Shown here piece after piece: positions 58,476 to 64,000 of a stretch of 64,000 nt of DNA; the stretch's first letter is position 1, and each line of letters opens with the position of its first letter. Location of the stretch: positions 1,600,001 through 1,664,000 of the forward strand of contig CAVXGK010000001.1 of NCBI GenBank assembly GCA_963761305.1, given 5' to 3'. The stretch comes from an uncultured Gemmatimonadaceae bacterium. GTDB lineage: Bacteria; Gemmatimonadota; Gemmatimonadetes; Gemmatimonadales; Gemmatimonadaceae. A program made the translations under genes and the position numbers. Under the pieces are notes generated by a model. It saw only the letters and a program-made list of their open reading frames with translations. It was not told where the DNA came from and made no database searches.

Positions 58476-61126
58476 TCGTCCGCGTTTACCGCGCCCTGCT
58501 CGCGCTCCTGCTGCCGTCGCGATTTCACGACGCGTTCGCGGACGACATGGTCGCGGTATTCGCCGAGCTCGCCCGCAAACGCGGCGTCCGCGCCCTGATC
58601 GACGAGCTGCCCGGCCTGATGTCGCTCGCCGTTCGCGCACGACGAAGCGACAAAACGACACGCATTCATGACGTGAACGTGCGGCTGGAGGAGAACATGC
58701 TCGACTCGCTCGGACAGGACATCAGGTTCGCTCTGCGCGCGCTCCGACAAGCCCCCGGCTTCGCTCTCGTCGCTGTCGTGACGCTCGCGCTGGGCATCGG
58801 CGCCAACACCGCGATCTTCAGCGTGGTGAACGGCGTGCTGCTCAAGCCGCTCGCCTTTCCGCATCCCGAGCAGCTCCTGCGCGTATGGCAAGTCGAGAAC
58901 GTCGACGGGTCCACGCGCCAGACGACCGTGTCCGCCGTCAACCTCGATGACTGGCGCGCCCGCCGTAAACAGCTCGCCGACATCGGCGGCTATTTCTACA
59001 TCGAGGGAATGAGCGGCACCGATCTCACCGGCATCGGCGAGCCGCAGCGGATCTCGACGGCGTTCATCACCCCAGGCTTCTGGAACACACTGGGCGTCGC
59101 GCCGGAGATCGGCCGTTTGCCGCGCGACGAGGAGATGGTGCGCGGATCGAACGACCGACTCGTCGTCCTCTCATACGACTTCTGGCAACGCGAATTCGGC
59201 GGCGCACGTACCGTCGTCGGGCAGCGCGTGACACTCGGCGGACAATCATACGAGATCGTCGGCACGATGCCGCCGAGCTTCCGGTTCCCCACGCCGGCCG
59301 TCGAGATGTACATCCCGTACTCGACCATTCCCGATGACGCGATCCCGCGCCTGCGCGGCGTGCGAATCCTGAGCACGATCGCACGTCTCAAGCCGGGCGT
59401 CACCCTCGGTCAGGCGACCGGCGAGATGAATGCCATTACGCGCGGTCTCGCCCAGCAGTACGAGGAAGACCGCACGCTCGGCGCCGCGGCGGTGGCGCCG
59501 CTGCAGGACGCCATCGTCGGCAAAGTGCGCGCGACGTTGCTCGTCCTCCTCGGCGCCGTCGGGTTCGTGCTGCTCATCGCCGCGGTGAATCTCGCCAGCC
59601 TGTTGCTCGCGCGCGCGACGGCACGAGAGCGCGAGTTCGCCATCCGTGTCGCGCTCGGGGCCGGCCGTTCGCGCCTCATTCGACAGCTCTGCACGGAAAG
59701 CGTCATTCTCGCTCTCTTGGGCGGATTGCTCGGCGTCGGCGTCGCGATCGTTGGGAAGAGTGCGCTCCTCCGCCTGGCAGCCGGCCAACTTCCGCGCGCC
59801 GAAGAGGCCGGACTCGATGTCCGCGTGCTGCTGTTCACCGCGGGACTCACGATCCTCACCGGTCTGATATTCGGACTCGTGCCGGCGGCCCGCGCGTCGT
59901 CGCCCGAGCTTCAGCATTCGTTGCGAGAGGGCGCGCGCGGCAGCACGAGCACCACGGGCAGGCTCCGCAACGGGCTCGTCGTCGCCGAAGTAGCCCTCGC
60001 CGTCGTGCTGGTGATCGGCGCCGGGCTCATGACGCGCAGCTTCATCAAGCTGATGCAAATCGACCTCGGCTTCGCGCGCGACCATCGCGTCGCGTTGAAC
60101 TTCACCCTGTCCGACGCGCGCCATCCGTCTGAAGCGGAGATGAAGGACACGTACGCCGAGATGCTGAGCCGTGTGCGGAAGGTGCCCGGGGTGATCGCAG
60201 CCGGCGCCATTCGCGATCTCCCGTTTCGCGGCGACGGTGAAGCGATCGGATTCTTGCCGCCGGGCGTGACCCCGGCGGCGGACGGTGAGTTGCCGCGCGC
60301 GACGCTGATGTTCGCGAGCGACGGCTTCTTTGCGGCGATGGGAATTCCGCTCGTCGCCGGTCGCGATCTCACGCCGCAGGATCGAACGGGCGCGCCGATC
60401 GCGCTCGTCGTGAACCAGGCGCTGGCCAAGAAATACTTTCCGGGCCGGAGTCCCGTCGGACAGACGATCACGTTCGGCGGGCCGAATCATTTCATGATCG
60501 TCGGAGTGGTCGGCGATGTGCGTCAGGAAGCCGTCGACGAGACGCCAGGGCCGCGCATGTACGCCAGCGTGTACCAGATGTTCCGCGTCAAGGTGAACCT
60601 GGTGGCGCGTACGCAGGGCGAGCCGCAGGCGATGATCAAGCGCCTCGAGGACGCGGTGCGCTCCGTGGATCCGCAGCAGGCGTTCACGGCCGCGTTCACG
60701 CTCGACGATGCCGTCGGCGACGCCGTGGCCCGCCCGCGACTGCTCGCCGTCCTTCTCGGTCTCTTCGGCGCGATGGGACTCGTGCTCGGAGCGCTGGGGA
60801 TCTACGGCGTACTCGCCTATCTCGTCACGCAGCGCACCCGTGAGATCGGCGTTCGCGTCGCGCTCGGCGCGCGACCCGGCGCCGTGCGGCGGATGGTCGT
60901 CGGGCGGGGGCTGCGGCTCGCCGGAGCCGGAGTGGTCGTCGGAATCGGCGCGGCGCTCGTGCTCACGAGAGTGATGCAAGGCGTGCTGTACGGCGTGACG
61001 CCGACCGACCCGTTCACGTTCGCAGCCGTCGCCGCCGCGTTGCTCTGCGTGGCCGGGATCGCGAGTTGGGTTCCGGCTCGGCGAGCAACAAAGGTCGATC
61101 CGCTCGTGGCGCTCCGGGCGGAGTGA
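58472..61126 (+). CDS. Duplicated MacB/FtsX-type ABC permease (ADOP family)
   Basis: ATGA overlap with padR; LALGIGANTAIFS, REFAIRVALGA, REIGVRVALGA, VDPLVALRAE. Confidence 0.92.
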   Translation: MIVRVYRALLALLLPSRFHDAFADDMVAVFAELARKRGVRALIDELPGLMSLAVRARRSDKTTRIHDVNVRLEENMLDSLGQDIRFALRALRQAPGFALVAVVTLALGIGANTAIFSVVNGVLLKPLAFPHPEQLLRVWQVENVDGSTRQTTVSAVNLDDWRARRKQLADIGGYFYIEGMSGTDLTGIGEPQRISTAFITPGFWNTLGVAPEIGRLPRDEEMVRGSNDRLVVLSYDFWQREFGGARTVVGQRVTLGGQSYEIVGTMPPSFRFPTPAVEMYIPYSTIPDDAIPRLRGVRILSTIARLKPGVTLGQATGEMNAITRGLAQQYEEDRTLGAAAVAPLQDAIVGKVRATLLVLLGAVGFVLLIAAVNLASLLLARATAREREFAIRVALGAGRSRLIRQLCTESVILALLGGLLGVGVAIVGKSALLRLAAGQLPRAEEAGLDVRVLLFTAGLTILTGLIFGLVPAARASSPELQHSLREGARGSTSTTGRLRNGLVVAEVALAVVLVIGAGLMTRSFIKLMQIDLGFARDHRVALNFTLSDARHPSEAEMKDTYAEMLSRVRKVPGVIAAGAIRDLPFRGDGEAIGFLPPGVTPAADGELPRATLMFASDGFFAAMGIPLVAGRDLTPQDRTGAPIALVVNQALAKKYFPGRSPVGQTITFGGPNHFMIVGVVGDVRQEAVDETPGPRMYASVYQMFRVKVNLVARTQGEPQAMIKRLEDAVRSVDPQQAFTAAFTLDDAVGDAVARPRLLAVLLGLFGAMGLVLGALGIYGVLAYLVTQRTREIGVRVALGARPGAVRRMVVGRGLRLAGAGVVVGIGAALVLTRVMQGVLYGVTPTDPFTFAAVAAALLCVAGIASWVPARRATKVDPLVALRAE

Positions 61127-61135
61127 CGCCGACGG

Positions 61136-63826
61136 CTACCCGCGCATCGCTTCGACCGGATCGATCTTTGCAGCCCGCCGCGCGGGACCCGCGCTCGCGA
61201 GCACGGCGACGATCAGCAACACGACCGCCGTCGAAGCGAGCACCAAGGGATCGCTGGGGCTGACGTCGAACAGCAGCGACCGTAGCAGTCGTGTTCCCGC
61301 AAGCGCGCAGACGATGCCGAGCGCGACACCGGCCGCCACGATCGCCAGCGATTGTCCGACGACCAGCCGCGTCACCGCGCCGACCTGCGCGCCAAGCGCG
61401 ATGCGAATGCCGATCTCGCTCCGCCGCTGCCCGACGACGTACGCGATCACGCCGTAGATGCCGACCGCGCTCAAGGCCAAGGCGATTGCCGCGGCGATGA
61501 GCATGAGCAGCAGCGTGAACGACGTCTGCGCCATCGACTTCGCGACGACGAGTTCCATCGGCTGAACGTCCGCGACGATCGCCTTTGGCTCGACTTGCGC
61601 GAGCATCGCGCGGATCGCCCCCACCAGCAGCGACGTGCTGACGCCTGGCGCCTTGACGACGAGCGTCAAATCAGCGCCGACGTTCCAGTTGGGCGTGGCC
61701 GGTGTGGCGAGCATCGGCAGTAGTACTTCTTGAATTGGCGGAGTCTGCAGCCCGTTCGACCGGATGTCCTCCGTCACCGCGACCACCGGGAAGGCGTTCG
61801 TCGGGTTGAACGGCTTGACGATGTGTCCAAGCGCGCTCTGGTCCTCCCAGAACCGCTTGGCGAATGCGGCCGTGATGACGGCCGGCGCGGTGCGCGCTTC
61901 GACCGCTTCCCACGTCGGGGCCGCGCCCGTGAACTTGATTCCCATCGTCTCTAGGTAGCCGGGCGTGATCGTGCTCATCGGCATGCAGTTGCCCGACTCG
62001 CCGAGCGAGTTCGTCACGTCGACCGTGAGCCCGCTGCAGCCCCACCCGCCCGACAGCGGAAGTTGATCGACCGCGCCGGCGTGGAGCACGCCGGGAATCG
62101 TTCCGACCCGCGCGATGAACGAATGCCAGAACGTCTCGGCGCTCTGCGCCGTGTGGTAGTCGCGCGGCAAGATGATGGACATCGTTTCGACGCCGCTCGG
62201 GTCGAACCCCGGGTGCACGCGCCGCAGCTTGGCGAAGCTCTCCGCCATCATCCCCGCGCCGGCGAGCAGCACGACGGCGAGGGCAACCTGCGCGAGCACC
62301 AGCCCCCGCCGCGCCACCTCGCGCGACTTCGATGACGTGAGGCCGCGGCCACCGTCGCGCAGCGACGCGACGTCCAGCCCCGCCGCACCGAGCGGGAGCA
62401 CGCCAAAGACGGCGCCGAAGGCCAGCGCCGATCCGAGACAGAACGCGACGCCGCGCCAATCGACCGCAACCTCGGCGAGACGCGGCAGGGTTTGCGGCGC
62501 GATCACCAGCACGACGTGCAGCAACAGCCCCGCCATCGCGATCGCCGCCGCGCCGGCGGCAACCGCGAGCAACATGCTTTCCGTGAGATAGTGAATCGCC
62601 AGGTGCGTCCGATCCGCGCCGAGGGCCGTACGCACGGCCACCTCACGCCGGCGCGCTTCGATGCGCACCAGGAACAGGTTCGCCACGTTCGCCGCCGCGA
62701 TGAGCAGCACGAACGCCACGGCACCGAAGATGAGCCACAACCCGCGCACGATCGACGCACCGACGACGTGATCGCGCAGCGACGTCACGTTCATCGCGAA
62801 TCCGGAGCGGTCGAGGAACCCCTTGGCATAGACGGTCGGATACTGCTCCTGCATCCGCCGCTGCACACGCTGGATGTCGGCGAGCGCGGAGGCGACGGTC
62901 ACATTTGGCTTGAGCAGACCGATGGCCGAATGCGTGTGGTTGTTGATCGGTGGCTCGCTCGGATTCAGATATTCGCGAATCCATACGTCGGCGTTCACGT
63001 CGGGAATCGTCGCTCCCGCCGGCAGCACGCCGATGATCTCAAGCGACGTCGTGTCGCCCGTCATCAGTCGTTTGCCGACGACGTGCGGATCGCCGCCGAA
63101 CCGCCGCAGCCAGTATCCGTGCGAGATCAGGGCGTAGCGCGGATCGCCGTTGGGAAGCCGCTCGTCCTCTTCGCCGATCGCGCGTCCCAATTCGGGGCGA
63201 ATTCCGAGTAGACGAAACGTGCTCGCGCTCACGTCGACTTCGGGCACTCGTTCGGCGGGGTGCGCCGCGTCTCCCGGCACGACGAGCATGTCCTCGTCGT
63301 ACATCGCGACGTCGGTCAGCACCCGGCTATTTGTCTTGAAGTAGAAGTACTGCCCTTTTGAGAGCATGTACTCCTCCCCTTCCTTGACTTTCGGCCACAG
63401 CGTGCCGAGGTGAACGAGCCGGTTGGCGTTGGGATAGGCCAGCGGACGAATTACCACGCGGTCGAGCAGGGTGAACATCGTCGTCGCCGCGCCGAGGCCG
63501 AGCGCCAGTGTGAGCGCCGCGATGAGTGAGAACGAAGGCGCGCGGCCGAGCGAGCGCGCCGCGCGTCGTGTCTCGCGGGACAGGGTGTCGAAGAGTTCCA
63601 TGCGATTTCTCCGGCGCAGCATGTCGTTGTCGATGTCGCGTGCTTGTCGGCGATAGGCCTCGTAGTCTCCGAACCGGCGGCGCGCCTCGCGCTCGGCGTC
63701 GGCGCGCGAGAGTCCTTCGCTCTGCATGATCTCGTCGATGCGGCCCTCGAGGTGGAACCGGAGCTCGTCGTCGACCTCGCGATCCGCGCGCCGGCCGCCG
63801 CCGGGAAGTCGAAAGACACGCTTCAT
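61136..63826 (-). CDS. Duplicated MacB/FtsX-type ABC permease (ADOP family)
   Basis: DDELRFHL prefix domain, LALGLGAATTMF, REVAVRTALGA, EIGIRIALGA, IDPVEAMRG; ATG 63826. Confidence 0.92.
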   Translation of the reverse strand: MKRVFRLPGGGRRADREVDDELRFHLEGRIDEIMQSEGLSRADAEREARRRFGDYEAYRRQARDIDNDMLRRRNRMELFDTLSRETRRAARSLGRAPSFSLIAALTLALGLGAATTMFTLLDRVVIRPLAYPNANRLVHLGTLWPKVKEGEEYMLSKGQYFYFKTNSRVLTDVAMYDEDMLVVPGDAAHPAERVPEVDVSASTFRLLGIRPELGRAIGEEDERLPNGDPRYALISHGYWLRRFGGDPHVVGKRLMTGDTTSLEIIGVLPAGATIPDVNADVWIREYLNPSEPPINNHTHSAIGLLKPNVTVASALADIQRVQRRMQEQYPTVYAKGFLDRSGFAMNVTSLRDHVVGASIVRGLWLIFGAVAFVLLIAAANVANLFLVRIEARRREVAVRTALGADRTHLAIHYLTESMLLAVAAGAAAIAMAGLLLHVVLVIAPQTLPRLAEVAVDWRGVAFCLGSALAFGAVFGVLPLGAAGLDVASLRDGGRGLTSSKSREVARRGLVLAQVALAVVLLAGAGMMAESFAKLRRVHPGFDPSGVETMSIILPRDYHTAQSAETFWHSFIARVGTIPGVLHAGAVDQLPLSGGWGCSGLTVDVTNSLGESGNCMPMSTITPGYLETMGIKFTGAAPTWEAVEARTAPAVITAAFAKRFWEDQSALGHIVKPFNPTNAFPVVAVTEDIRSNGLQTPPIQEVLLPMLATPATPNWNVGADLTLVVKAPGVSTSLLVGAIRAMLAQVEPKAIVADVQPMELVVAKSMAQTSFTLLLMLIAAAIALALSAVGIYGVIAYVVGQRRSEIGIRIALGAQVGAVTRLVVGQSLAIVAAGVALGIVCALAGTRLLRSLLFDVSPSDPLVLASTAVVLLIVAVLASAGPARRAAKIDPVEAMRG

Positions 63827-64000
63827 CGCGCGGTTCCCACAGCGGTACCGCGCGCGTCGAGTACGAGACCCACAACGCCGGTGTAGCGTGTCCAACGTTC
63901 GTGCTCGGCGGTGAGGTGCTTCCGTCCGGCGGCGGTGAGACGGTAGAACTTCGCCTTGCGATTTCGCTCCGTGTATCCCCAATCGGCGCCGAGCCAGCCT
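63823..64000 (-). CDS. PadR family regulator (acidobacterial type), 5' part outside the window
   Basis: Manual translation: GWLGADWGYTERNRKAKFYRLTAAGRKHLTAEHERW...stop; ATGA overlap with the permease. Confidence 0.85.
   Translation of the reverse strand, partial: GWLGADWGYTERNRKAKFYRLTAAGRKHLTAEHERWTRYTGVVGLVLDARGTAVGTAR

Overview
High-GC bacterial chromosomal window, most consistent with Gemmatimonadota. That assignment is an inference from the PadR + duplicated 'ADOP' permeases, Gly-rich secreted enzymes and the style of the flagellar regulators. About 58 CDS; no rRNA, tRNA, CRISPR array or transposase was recognised. Main observations: (1) A gas-vesicle-type operon (22.2-30.3 kb: deoxynucleoside kinase - gvpG - tandem-domain ArsA/Get3-like ATPase - gvpL/F - gvpS-like - gvpL/F - gvpK - gvpJ - gvpA - PAS histidine kinase). 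It has no gvpN, gvpC or gvpO, and a Cys-poor SIMIBI ATPase is translationally coupled inside it. (2) A regulators-only flagellar island (8.4-16.4 kb) with intact-looking cheY, flgM, a sigma54 activator and fliA. It also has a shortened flgN, stubs of fliS and a probable cheZ, two sigma28-like promoters and a sigma54-like promoter, but no structural flagellar gene. (3) Two diverged, oppositely oriented copies of a ~250-bp nested-hairpin element (47.6 kb and 57.8 kb). (4) An octamer tandem-repeat family at three intergenic loci and a degenerate 21-bp-periodic array after lhr. (5) Unusual protein architectures: an S53 peptidase with a ~750-aa extra C-terminus, an FMN reductase fused in frame to a lipoprotein-like domain, and a pseudo-histidine kinase. 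The rest is housekeeping or accessory: osmC, LytS/LytTR pair, amidases, Rieske proteins, lhr, BlaI/M56, Ser/Thr kinase, M28 peptidase, pntAB, ada, PadR-ADOP. All calls come from reading motifs by eye; no database searches were run.
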